Shown here: piece by piece, positions 41,787 through 54,167 of the stretch
Numbering within the stretch: the stretch's first letter is position 1
Layout of the letters: each line of letters starts with the position of its first letter
Assembly (NCBI GenBank): GCA_040954595.2
Contig: CM082589.2
Span: 3,238,213-3,302,212 of the forward strand
Length of the DNA: 64,000 bases
From: Balanoglossus misakiensis
Taxonomy: Eukaryota > Animalia > Hemichordata
Direction: 5' to 3'
Notes under the pieces: generated by a model
Databases searched by the model: none
What the model was told of the DNA's origin: nothing
The model's input: the letters and a program-made list of their open reading frames with translations, nothing else
Program-made: the position numbers and the translations under genes

Positions 41787-43123
41787 TTAGTTGTTCATGT
41801 AGTACATCGAGGCAGTCGCATCGGCTAGAACGGAGATGAGGCTGGTTTCAAGATTCTGCTGTTGGGTCGTGTTCAGGTACATGTCGAACTCGTCCCTGTC
41901 TACATCTCCGAGGAGTTCGGCTTCGGTAAATTGCTCGAGAGCCGAAATCACACTTTCGATGGTTGTCTGCGACACGTTGTTGTAGTCGACGTTGTTCTGG
42001 GCTAAAATCTGATTGTCCGCCAGATATGAGTCAATGGTTGGCTCGTACGGGCCCACCTGGTTTGGCGAGAGGGGCTCCATCTTCATGGGGAAGTTCGGCT
42101 GAACCGGTGTGTTGACGGGTGTGGAGGGGGCCGTTGAGAGCGCACTGGAGGAGGAGCAGTAGCCGAGATCGGTCTCCGTTTTGACTTGTTGGTTCAATTG
42201 CTCAAGTAAACTGGCGGGTGTCAGGGGTGTCGCTGGTGCACTGTCGGGCACAGGCGACGGGAATGACGTCATCTGGGGTGTCACCTGCGGCTGCGTGTTG
42301 TTGTTGAACGAGAGGGCAGGAGACGTTACCTGCGACTGCGCGTTGTTGTTAAGGGCGCTGCTCAAGTTACCGTTGCCAAGAAGGGAGGACGCGAGGAGCG
42401 GGTGGGGACTGGACACCAGGGCCCGCAAGGTACTGAGGTGCTGTGTACCGACGTTCTGACTGCTCGCCGGGTGGGTGATGGCGAAGGTCGTAGGGGTCGA
42501 GTTTGTAAAGTTCGCATTGGAAAAAAGTTGTGAGGTCTGAGTGTTTTCTTGGACATGTGGTGCTTTTTGTGTCGTTTCTGTGAGCGACGTCATGAATCCG
42601 CTCTCATCCACAGTCGATGGGAAAGTAAAGATATTGTCCGAATCCATCGCTTCCATGGGCGACATGACGGGCGTGGGCAAGTTCATTGTCGCCAGGGTCT
42701 CTGTATTCAGTGTGAGTCTGGCTTTTTCGTTCAATGTCGTGAAATTGTTTGTCGTTTGAACTTGAAGTCCTGTGTCAGAAATCAAAGACAGGCCTGCGCC
42801 GTCCTGGTCCGGAGTCGGAGAGGTGCGCGGCGATACGTCCGGAGTTTGCAGGGAGCTGACATTAGGCGTCGTAGGGGTCGCAGCTATGCTGCCCGGGGTG
42901 ACAGGAGTTGGTACTCCGGAGTCCTTGTTCGCGGTGAAGTTAGTAAGATTCGGCAGAAATCGACCGGCTTCGACGCGTTTACAAACACGCTTAGCTTGCT
43001 TATTGCGCCGTCTTGGTCTGTATTTATAGTCAGGATGGTCCTGCATGTGTTGAACTCGGAGCCGTTCGGCCTCCTCCACGAATGGTCGCTTCTGGACAAG
43101 AGTGAGACTGCGCCAAGCTTTGC
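41787..43123 (-). CDS. SoxF: SoxF (Sox7/17/18 ortholog) exon 2: second half of HMG box, transactivation region, C-terminal motifs
   Basis: Acceptor cttcacAG at 43125-43124; [51 protein letters not shown]; SoxF motifs [24 protein letters not shown] and [11 protein letters not shown]; stop TAA at 41789-41787. Confidence 0.97.
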
Positions 43124-44389
43124 CTGTGAAGAGATAAAAGGACCGAAAACTGGAACTGAGTAATTGGGTCGGGTTGAGAAAAACAACTTCGCGCTTGCGC
43201 AATGGCGCTCCCTTGCGCATACAAAATGAAGGGGATTTTGCTTGGGTGGAGCTAGCTCTTTAGAAACTAAGTGGCCCGTGAAGGAGTCCAAACCCGATCA
43301 ACATGCATTAATCTAAGCTCTATAATTAGCTGAATTTGCATGAAGGTGGGCGAAAGCGAGGCGCGAGGTCACGGTCAAAACTGAAGAGGTCACCCTGAAG
43401 CCGAAAAACAACTCCTTTGTCAGTCCCGCACAACGGTCCACCCATCGCGAAGTAATCAATCAAGGTCCGATTTGCATTTCAAAGACTCACTTTTACTAAT
43501 CAAATCACTTGTAGTTGACACAATAGCTGTTTGTACCGCTGGAAACGTCCATTCGGAAACACTGAGTTCCGAAGCCGCAGAGCTTAAGTCCTTTGTCAGA
43601 ACAGCTGATCGACAGTATTACGTCAAATTTCGTGCGAGCGCCCACAGAACGAGCGCGAGTAGGCCTACTCAGATTTCCGCAATTTCGCAACCCCACATAA
43701 CACGTGTGTTGTAACCCCTGTGATAAGTTTTTTTAAGTATCCTCCAGTAAAAAGGGTCTGAATAATTTCAGTGTTCGAAAAAAAGAAAGTTTTGGACCAC
43801 TGGTTACGCCTATCATTAAGAACTACCCAGTAAAGTTCTTTATTAATTCGTCGCTGCGGGTGACCTGAGCAGTACGCAGTGAAAGACCAGGAGTTGCTAG
43901 GGGAAGTCACAGCGCAGCGCGCCGCACTGCGTTGGCGCTTGGGAAAGCTCTTCGCTATAATTAGCCTACGATCAGCTGGGCGGAAAAAAAATCGGTCTCT
44001 TGTCAGATCAAAGCATCGTTAAGCTGGAAGGACTAAAACGGTTTCCATGATGAATATATGCGGGTGATTTTTTTTTTTCGGACTGACAACGCGAAACGTT
44101 AACTGTGGGGCGCGCTGATTGAGTAAGAAAACGCGTTGACATGTCGATTTCTTCAGCTGCGGTAATCGACATCGGTCGTTGCGGCAGCACCGGGCCGATC
44201 AGCTGTGCGCTTGAAGTGGCGCCGTTCTAAGTAACGGTGACAAAGCACTGTGATTTTTATGAAGGGACGTCGCAAATAAATTCGCGCAGGGATGACCAAG
44301 CTCAGGTGAATTTCCCCCCGAAGAGTTTTTTTTTCCTCACGGTGATTTTGTATTCATCTGTTAAAATAAAATATATTTTATCCACTTAC

Positions 44390-44759
44390 CCAGCATTTTG
44401 CTCAAATCTGCGTTATGGAGATCCGGGTTTTGATCTGCCAAACGTTTGCGCTCGTCTTTGGCCCACACCATAAAAGCGTTCATGGGCCGTCGAATTCTCT
44501 GCTCTTTCTTCTGTTTGCCGTTAGTGCCTTCGCTGGCCGCCTGCTTCTTTTCCATCCACTTGAAGCTGGCCGCCGACTGAATGATCCCGGCCGCGGTGCC
44601 GTTCGTGACAGCGGCCGCGGAGTGTAACAGAGACGCCGCGGTGATACCAGTCATCGAGAAATTCGGTAAGCTGGTGACGAGAATACTCGAGTTCACAGCC
44701 GGCGCTGTACTTGCCGTCGTTTCAAACGACATAGACGGTTCCATCTTCACCGTAGCCAT
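44390..44759 (-). CDS. SoxF: SoxF exon 1: N-terminus and first half of HMG box
   Basis: MATVKMEP...[39 protein letters not shown]|gtaagt. The phase-1 intron (43124-44389) sits at the conserved SoxF HMG position; spliced CDS is 1707 bp, 568 aa. Confidence 0.97.
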
Positions 44760-44924
44760 TCTGAGAAAATATTGGGACGGTTTTTGTCGATCGCTCGCCA
44801 ATACAGCAGTAGTTTAGCCACCTTGCTTTTTGACGCTCAGCTGACTAGCAAGTGAAGCGATCGCCTCGATCAGCTGTTTTTTCCAAAGGCCAACACCGGA
44901 AAACGTCACTCACGGATAGCCGGC

Positions 44925-45015
44925 CAACAGCCAATCACCGTTCGACGTTGGACAACTGCTCCGCCTCCATGATGTAATTGCTTTTAGCTTTATTCAAATG
45001 AGTCACGTGACCTCG
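44925..45015 (-). promoter_or_regulatory. SoxF proximal promoter elements
   Basis: AGCCAATCA (NF-Y type, 44929-44937) and palindromic GTCACGTGAC (45002-45011), 170-250 bp upstream of the ATG. Confidence 0.55.
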
Positions 45016-48000
45016 TCGAAAGCAGGGTTATTTTTCCTGCATATTTTCGCTGCCCGTTGCAACACCGAAGTGCGCTTAACAGTTGCATTAGATTTTAATG
45101 TAATAAAACGAGGCCAAAACTCTGGAGGCGTTTTTTTTATTGCAGAGCTTTGTTGAAATAGCCGCACGTCTTTACGCGTCGACAAGAAAACCGGCACTTT
45201 TTCACGCAGACCTTGGCGATGAAAAGGACGGACACTGAGCTTTTCCCATGCATAATTGATTGCAATGTGGAAATGAAAATAAACAGATTCGGGCTAGAGC
45301 GGTGTAAGTGACGGCGGCACTTGAAAAGCGAAAACACATGACCGCTTCTTTTTCCAGGGTTTCAATAACACACTGTTTATCAGAACGCGAATGTATTTGC
45401 GAGATTGGCACCAGGTACAGTCAAACGACCTTGGCAAAGCCGAGCCAAATTGCATATCCCAGCTGTATTTTCACTCGGATTTATTTCTTAAACATACGTC
45501 CTGACATAGGGTTGATATCTTTAAGTCATCTCAAAAGAAAGCGTACACATCGGCCGCTGCCCGCTCGCCGCATCCCGATGCACGACCGTCGTGGTTCTGT
45601 GCCGTTTTTTTCATCCCCCTCTTGATAAAAAAAAATGACAAGTACACTAGGGGTATTAGGCATGCAACGGCTTTTCACGGGGTTATCGTTGCTGTCAATC
45701 TCTTTTGACCCCGTGGTGGTAATTTACTGTAAGCTCAACGAAAACACTTCGGCGCAAACACCGAGGGAAACTGGGACACTTGCCACCAGAAGCCAGCAGA
45801 GCTATACATAGCCTAGAGAAATTAGGGATAGTCCTCGCTGGACTTTGAAACGAGCAAATATACTTTTCTGTGCTTCCATATGAGTTCCACCACTGTGGAA
45901 CGTCAATTTTCTATGTCGTATAATTTAACAGGTTGGAATATTAGATTTGTGACCTATATATAAAGGTGATGCAATATTCTCCCCCGGCTTTACTGATATA
46001 ACGCCTGCGATATCGAAAAAAGGAATGCCCTCCTCACGTCCACCTACGCCGAAACCTCCCCGAGCTATACGGCTCCCAAACTAGATATAAACCGTACCAA
46101 TATAAATTTCAACGTCCAGGGGTGACGTAATGCCCCAGCTGGGATGAATCGAAAAAAGTTGTAAACAAGTTCCGGAAGTAGTTCCTCCCATTTTTATCGA
46201 GTGGTGGCGCCATCAATGAACACTGGGACCACGCAGTGGTTGTCACCCCAGCAGTCGCTAAGCAACACGTACCGGGCCTCGATAAGCAGCCATGTAAAGT
46301 GATCACACTGTTACAGTGAAATAAACGGTGGTCAGCTCAAAAGGCCACCAAGGGTTTGTCCATCAAAAAGAAAAAAAGAAGAAGTAGGCAGTTTGTGATT
46401 AAACAAAAGAGTAGGCCTAAATGTGAGACAAAACTGCAGAGGTCCGGCAAAGCGTTTAAAATTGTATTCGCGTTGCGATGTAAGTTGCCCGTTCGCCTGT
46501 AATTGGCCTGGCACTGTAGCCAGCCTGCTGACTGGTGTTCGCAGCCCTACACCAGTCAACCTGTAGCAGCACCCGCTAAAATCATTGCAGCTATTCCCAC
46601 CAGACACCAGAAGGTCTCGTTTACACACTTCATACTGACGTGAGCAACGAAAGCATTCGTTCCTAAAGCAAGGTTCACTTCTTGGAGAGACAGTTATGTT
46701 TTCCCGTCCCTGGCGGCCACACACTGCACCTGTGTGTACTCAGGGCAGAGAAGCGAGGGACCAAGCTTTCTGAGGTATAAACTGAGCATTTTTTATGGAA
46801 TTTGCGAAAGATAAAAAGATTCCCAGGGACAATATTTTGGTTGCCTGTCATCGAAACATGACAGAGTTGTCGGTTAGTAAACAACCAGTGTAAGAGTCTG
46901 TCACTTTGCAAAACTTAATATAGCAGTAAGTGAATCGATTCGCATGCTTCTGTCGTGCGATATTCGACCAATCGATCATCGAAATATTACTGTTTGGTTA
47001 GAATGGATGATCTATATATTGGGGCCGTAAACGATCCTTGGTTTTGCAACTTGCGCATATTGCAAGCCAGTGCAATCGACTCGAGTGTCCTGGTGATCCG
47101 GACTTCGAAACCATCCGGTTTGGTCAAAACCAACCCCAAAATAGAATAAAATAAACAAATAAACGAACATCCATTGTAGTGGAGACGATAACACTTGATC
47201 AAAGTGACGCAAAATGGCTTGTTTTGCGAAAAGCACATATAACAGCGCGTTGTTGCGCAATCGAATAAATTAATATACTTTAATATATTTAAGCCACCTG
47301 ACATCAGGGATTTCACGTTAACACACTCTCATGGAGTGACATTAGCAATTAAAAGAAGCATTATATTGCCCCCGCATTACCACCTCCTATTGGTTGTGGT
47401 GCTAATTTTCCCATTAAACTGTTCCTAAAATATACCTGTATATTGAGTTCCCAATTAGCATTCGCATTGCAGGTATCGACCCGTACATGTACATCTCGAC
47501 CGGCCGGAAATTAATCTTATCAGGGTGACGCTGGCCTTCCGGTTTTATGAAAGTTGCAGGTCAAGAGGAGGTCAATCATAAGAGGCGACATCAACCTCTA
47601 TGAAGATGATATAATTTTGCAATCCTAGCCACCACCACCCCTATCCCCCTCCCCCTCTATCCCTCTCTCTGCAAAGCAACAACACACATTCTGTGATCAT
47701 TCTGTGAGTAAATGTCTCCTTTTATCTCGGCTTTCGCAAATCGATAAAAATAACACAAAATCAGGGTCATTCTCCCAGAGAAAATAATTACTTCGCAGCA
47801 AAATAAACATTTCCCACGGTAACTTGAATGCATGGTAAACATCGCTCTATCTATTATATTTATTGCGGGCGCTGCTTCTCAGCAGTTATTTGGTTTCATA
47901 AATCTAACTGCAATACTAACCACATTTTAATACTTCAATTTAAAATATTTTATAAAGCTTCTCACAGATGCACACTTAGTGACCAAAATATTGTCAAAAT

Positions 48001-51000
48001 GAGCGATTTGTCCCTTTACACGTCACAAATGTAATAAACATACAGACAGACAGAAGCCATTTCTACTGTCAATTTGGAAACTTGACCGACGTTAACCTGG
48101 GCATAACGTTCGGTCCATCGCTTCCCCTGAGGGTCAATCTTCGCGCTTCATTGTCAGGTCAATGTCATTGGCGTGAGCGCGTTAGTGGCCAATCGAGGTC
48201 GCCATTTTTATTTTTAGCTCCCGGATCTCAAACTGCTGCATTAGTGAATTTGGCAAACATACTGAAGTCAGTTTTTCAGATGTCCAGTGAATAGTATGAG
48301 ATTACTGCAGAAAGAGACATTAATTGACACAGTGATCCACGGTCAAAATCGCAGATTTTCCGCCACGGACTAACAGAGACTTGATCCTTCCGACCTTCTG
48401 AAGATCCTACTGCAGTTTATTTTAGTCAATGAATACAGGTTTTTTGTCATGGCATGTCAAACACTAATTCAGTTGTCATTATGTTTCCGTACACGCATTA
48501 TAGTTGTCTATTCCTGACAATTCAGAAGGTCATATGTTCACCTTTCACAACCTTGACCGTAGTCATGCACTCATTAACACGGTGTGAAAGGGTCACATGT
48601 ACTACGGGAACCATACCGTCAGGTAGATAGTCGTGAAAATTCCTGGTAAAATATTTTATTTCAGGCACTGTCCTCATTTACATATTCTAGGATGGCTCAA
48701 CACGTTTTTATCACGGGCCCAGCGGCCTGAAACTTGGCATTGAACGACTACACGCATTTATAGCGTTTTTAATTACAGTGTAATTAAAGCCCCAATATCT
48801 GGTGCATTATATAAATGATTTTACATTCAAATTTATAATGGTCTATGTAAACGACCATACTGATACAGCGTGACGTCAGACGCTGGCCGTTCGTATCATA
48901 GCAGCGAGAAACGACGCGAACCGGCGCGCGTTGGCGTGGAAACGCCGTGGGACGGATTCCGGTCCCGAGGGAGAGGAGAGAAATAAAAATCTGCGTAATT
49001 GAAAGTTTGAGGGCCGTGGCACACGTTCACTCGATAATGATTTTTGCGACAAATGTCAAAATATCACAGAATTCTACAATTTTAATCAACTCCCTAGGTG
49101 TGACCGAAAATGAAGTTCTGAGAAAGGTTAATTGGCAACCTGTGGGGAACCTTTCCCACGAGGCCTTGCGCAAATAGATACCTAATGACGCGTAATTGAA
49201 CATTTGTGTACAGTTAATTACTGGGGGCACAGATCTCTAATACCCATGGAGGGAAATGTAATTAGTTGAATTAGATCCTCCGGTGACCCCGAGGTCACAA
49301 CTGAGAATTGTGGGTAATTCTTGACTTGAGGGAGAGGGACGGTATTGCGCAGGTGTGTTGAATCAGTGATGTTTTATAATGAATGCGAACTCTAATGAAG
49401 ATTGTCAGAAGAGAGAGTTGCACATTATCCTCTACCATAACATTGTATCTCTTCGTTGTTCTAATGAGGGAGACAGACAGAGAGACAGAGACACTGACAG
49501 ACCCACAGGCAGACTACAGTTAGGATGTACGGGACACGGAAAACGCTACTGAGTCAGAAAATATTAAACACGCAGCGCATAGCAAATGTCATCAAACCTA
49601 TGATGACGTCAACAACAAAAGTAGACCGACAGCGATGCATGCAACAAATATATATATACCTAAACACACCGTAACCAGCCTCCTAGCTCAAAATATTGAC
49701 CCAGACATGACGTAAAAACTTGATTAGTGTAAGCGATTTCACTTTTTAACATTTGCCATATTACTTCCTTTCTCCTGTATTATTTTTTATTTATTTTACT
49801 TTTTTGCGTACTGAATGTATGTATGGGTATAAATTGACGTCTGACGCATAACACCATTGTATGATATTCTATGGCGATATTGGAACCACGAGCGCTTTAC
49901 AATAAATACGTTTCAGGGGAAGTTTACTTTCATCGCCTATATTGCGACTTTGCTTGTTTGCAATTAGCTCAAGGATGGCGATTTACAAATATAAGGGTGT
50001 ATGTTTTATAACCCTTGTTTGACACAACTTGTTTTGAACTCGAAACTGTATGAATATGGTAATATTGCCATCTACAATACAGAATGAGTCCGCCCGTAAT
50101 TATGAGCTAAACGTGATATCCACCCTCATAAGTCAACATGACTTTGCTTTGTCCGTTCAAGCTGGTTTCCATATTTATATAACACTTTCAACTGGGAAGT
50201 ATAAACAGCGGCGTGGGCTGCGCAATTACGAGTAAACAGTAAACACTAAAAGCTTTGTCTCTTCTCAGTGAGATTTTATTTGAAACAAATGTACTAGAGA
50301 TCCCTCCTTTTAATGTGATACGATACAACTCCTTGTGTTAGAACCATGAATATGACAAGATATGTCGCCATGTACATATGCGTAGGAATATGCATACGTT
50401 GCTAACTAACAGACATTGGGAAAGACGCAAAACAACTCCATATTCATCCCACAGTGCATAATTATCGCTTGGATCATTTTTGCTCGTTCTGCCTTGCATG
50501 GCCTTGCATAGTATGTCACAGAGGGCGCTGCAGCATATCCTACGGATATTTACAGATTAGCCCGGCTTTGATTTAGCGTGGCATTGATTAGCTAGATGAG
50601 CGGTAAAAATAAAAGCACCAGCCCAAAGCTATTTTGTTTCGGAAAAAACACACAATGTTTGCGTGTGATTTCAACAGGCAGAAGGACGACTTCAAATCAG
50701 CGTTCTTGAAAAGTTACAAGCAAAACGGCTGCCAAGTCAAATAAGTTTAATCGATAAAATTGGATGTAGTTCCCCTTCGACAAGTTCGAACAGGCAAATC
50801 GAAGGATGTTTGTGATTGCCGTATCGGATGTGACCTCGGGGTCAGCACGAAACAGCTCTTGTCTTATCGTCAATCGTGACGAATCGTAAACTGCTGTGGG
50901 ATCATCCAGCGGTCAGAACGCAAGCCACACGGCGTGTGAGTGATTCACAGGCCTGCATTTGGGTCGAAGGGGGTTTCTGACGCTGTACTCCCGATACATA

Positions 51001-52294
51001 CATGTAAAACATATTCCCGCTGCGACAGGGATCGCCGGGAAAAGTTACATAGACTAGATTGGATGTTGTGTAATCGGTTATGGTGACAGAGTGGGAAGAC
51101 ACGCTTTAGGAGAGATCTAGTAGATATAGAAAGTCATCCGGTGACGAGCAAAAAGGAACGCAAAGGGGAAAGTGTGTGGATTGGAGATCGGAAGGGGATA
51201 GGGATGTGATGTGGGGACTTGATTGTTCAATAGGGAGGGAGGAGAGAGAGATGCGGAGAGAGAGGGGAAGGGAGACTCGGGAGACCTCTTTGCGTTTGAC
51301 TGGTCCAGCAGGGGGGAGAGGCAGACACATACCCCACACACAGAATATCCCCTTGAGTATCATTGATCCAGTTTCAGATAACCAGCCCCGAAGATAGGAC
51401 TCTGTTCTACTTCGACCAGTTACCTGTTTGATAACGCGTGTAATGGACGCGTCGCCATGGTATCCACTTTAACTGAGTGGACTGTGTGCGGTCATTGGTC
51501 AGATGGGATCGACGTCCCAAACGTCGATGGCATCACCGCCGCTGTTTAAACTTTACGCTGTGTTCATCCAAGCTTTCTCGTTTATTTTAAAGAAGCTTAA
51601 TATTGACTGGGGATTTTTCTCTGCCATATCTTTAGGCTGATCTACAGCGCCGGCATCACCTATATACCAATAAATCATACCAATGGTATAAATGTTGAAG
51701 GCGATTTATGATTTATGATTTAGATTCAAATATGAGCGGCCTTCAGTTAGGCATGCCAAACACTGAGAAAGAAAGCGTGTACAGTATCATATCCAAACGT
51801 GTTCGGTCTGGTCATGTCTCAAAAGGACAAAGTAATACAATCAAAATAAAATCATGCCAAAAGATTTCGATCCTTTCATGTAGACTGACCGACTGTGATG
51901 AGGTCGATAAATATCAGAGATCTTTTCGGGTCAGCGAGTGGTCTTTGTCAACAGTTTCGATCCGCCTGTGTAATATCATATCTGTAACCCAAGTTGCAAC
52001 TCCATGCAGGCCGGGTCAGATGGTCTTCGGATAAATCGCTACTTTTGACAAGCAAGGCTGACAGGCTAAGGCTGTTGAAAGATTTTCTTAAATGTCACGA
52101 CTACACGTTGGTCCGTTGAAAGATTACTTCAAAATGTCATGACGACGTTCTCGCGCAAACAACTGGAGACTGTCTGTCACTCTATCGCGATCTGAGCACT
52201 GTTCTCTGCCAACATCTATCCAGCCTAGGAGAGGGGGTGCTTCTCAACATTACTGATAAGAAATTCTGATTCCTTCATCCTTCCTGACGACGAT

Positions 52295-52385
52295 GCTTGA
52301 CTACAAGCACCGACAAGTGCTAATGGTGACAGCGCCACCAGCGAGCAAAAGTGGAAACTGGGACAAATATGGCGGCGCCCATGTG
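52295..52385 (+). promoter_or_regulatory. MRPL13 promoter
   Basis: YY1-like ATATGGCGGC (~52367), CTCF-like GCGCCACCAGCGAGC..GGAAACTG (~52332-52359) and GACTACAA (~52299), just upstream of the ATG. Confidence 0.55.
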
Positions 52386-52436
52386 CACATGTAGAGTGAG
52401 GTGAACGTTTCGTAATCTCACTAGAAACTCACAGTA

Positions 52437-54167
52437 ATGGCCAGTAGAGCTGCACAGGTGGGTTCTTTGGCTTTCACTTGTTACTGTGGGGTAATTGGAA
52501 AGACGTGTCCTGTAGGATAAGTGATAATTGAGTGCTCCTAGTGACTGTGGTTGTACGTACGTGTGTGTGTGTGTGTGGGGGGGGGGGGGTGTTCATTACA
52601 ATGCATCACCACTGCACTGCATGAACATGTATTGGAGTGCAATACGAATGAATACGTTACCACTACTAGGAATGTTCCAACCTAACTGCAGTGATTTTGA
52701 TATTGATAATCACTCATTGAATGACACTGCCCACAACGCAGTGCTAACCACATTACATTCCGGGGGGGGGGGGGGATTTGAAGAGCCATGGCTGTTGAAC
52801 TGACTTTTTCACATTTCCTCCCCTTGTTTCAGCAATGGGGCACATTTGCCCGTATCTGGTATCTGCTGGACGCTTCTAAGCAACCGCCTGGCAGGATAGC
52901 TGCCATGATTTCACCAATCTTACAAGGCAAACACAAACCAATATACCACCCTATAAGTAAGTCTCTTATCATGCTTTTCATATGAAATAGAATGTGCACA
53001 TAGTTCCGTTTTTGCCTGTACCTTTGTACCAAACAGACTGCTTTCTATGTAAAATGCTAATAAATTGATGTTCTCTTAAAAAAGGTGATTTAGGAGACCA
53101 TGTTGTTGTCATCAACACAAGACACATTGCATTTTCTGGCGACAAGTGGAATACCAAACTTTACCATCATCACACGGGGTAAGTACTCCTGGAAAAGAAC
53201 ACTATTGACCTCAGAACCTCTCGCATGAACCCAGAACATGAAACATTCAGTTGTTGATGGGTAGGTGTACCAGCTGGGCATCCTTGCCCATCCTTACCCA
53301 CCACATCACTGAATACCTAATGCATGATGAATACAGATTTATATAACTCATTTTGATACAACACATTATTTTGTCAGGTACCCTAAGGGATTTAGTTCAA
53401 CCAAAGCCAGGGTGGTCCATGAACGGGATCCAACAAAGGTATGTTTACACTTCCAGCCTAATAGCCCAACCATGGCCTTTCGCAGACCCTTTCAGACACC
53501 TACTCCAATATGCACACCCTCCCTAAAACCTTAGAGGAACCACTGGTTATCAGACTGAGAATATGCCATTACCTGGATAACCAAGCTAAAATCAACAATT
53601 ATGACAAAAACCAACTGGACCTATGTTCCCCTTTAATGACTAAGACTCTGTCTGTTAAACTCGCCCATTCACTTGACATTTCTTGTCCCCTTGCACAGAT
53701 CATACACAAAGCAGTTTACGGAATGCTACCAAAGAATCTACACCGAAGAACCATGATGGAAAGATTGCACTTATTTTCAGACGCAGTAAGTCCTTGTTTT
53801 CAAAAATATTCAAAGTTTTTATGTTAGTGGTCATGACCTTGTGGCTTTGAAAAAATATATAAAAAACATGACCATGTCTCTTTGATTGATCACAACAGAC
53901 AATTCCACAAGATATCCGAGCCAACATCGCGGAACAGCTTGTGCCTCCAAGAACTGTACCACTCAGGCTAGATGAGTATTCTCCAGAAGAAATAGAAAAT
54001 TATCCACAACTCTGGTTTCCGTAAGTACTTCACAATGTGTGATAGCTGCCCCTGCAACTTCCCGAATTCTCTTTGAGCTCAATCACAAACTAGCCAATTT
54101 CAACATGTTGAGATTACTGTTTCTCTTTTTTTTTCTTTTCAGGGAGGAAGACCCAGATCTGCAGTAG
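52437..54167 (+). CDS. MRPL13: Mitochondrial ribosomal protein uL13m
   Basis: Exons 52437-52457, 52833-52956, 53085-53178, 53378-53438, 53699-53785, 53899-54020, 54143-54167 (534 bp, 177 aa, all GT-AG): [31 protein letters not shown]...HKPIYHP...[16 protein letters not shown]...HTGYPKG...[20 protein letters not shown]...RLDEYS. ATTAAA at 54277. Confidence 0.97.

Noticed and set aside
42181-43163. Plus-strand ORFs over SoxF exon 2
   Set aside because: Antisense shadows of a GC-rich CDS.
43124-43220. N-terminal part of the 477-aa ORF
   Set aside because: Intron read-through upstream of the SoxF exon 2 acceptor.
46529-46558. 10-bp stem hairpin TGACTGGTGT/ACACCAGTCA
   Set aside because: Too short for a miRNA precursor and has no other support.
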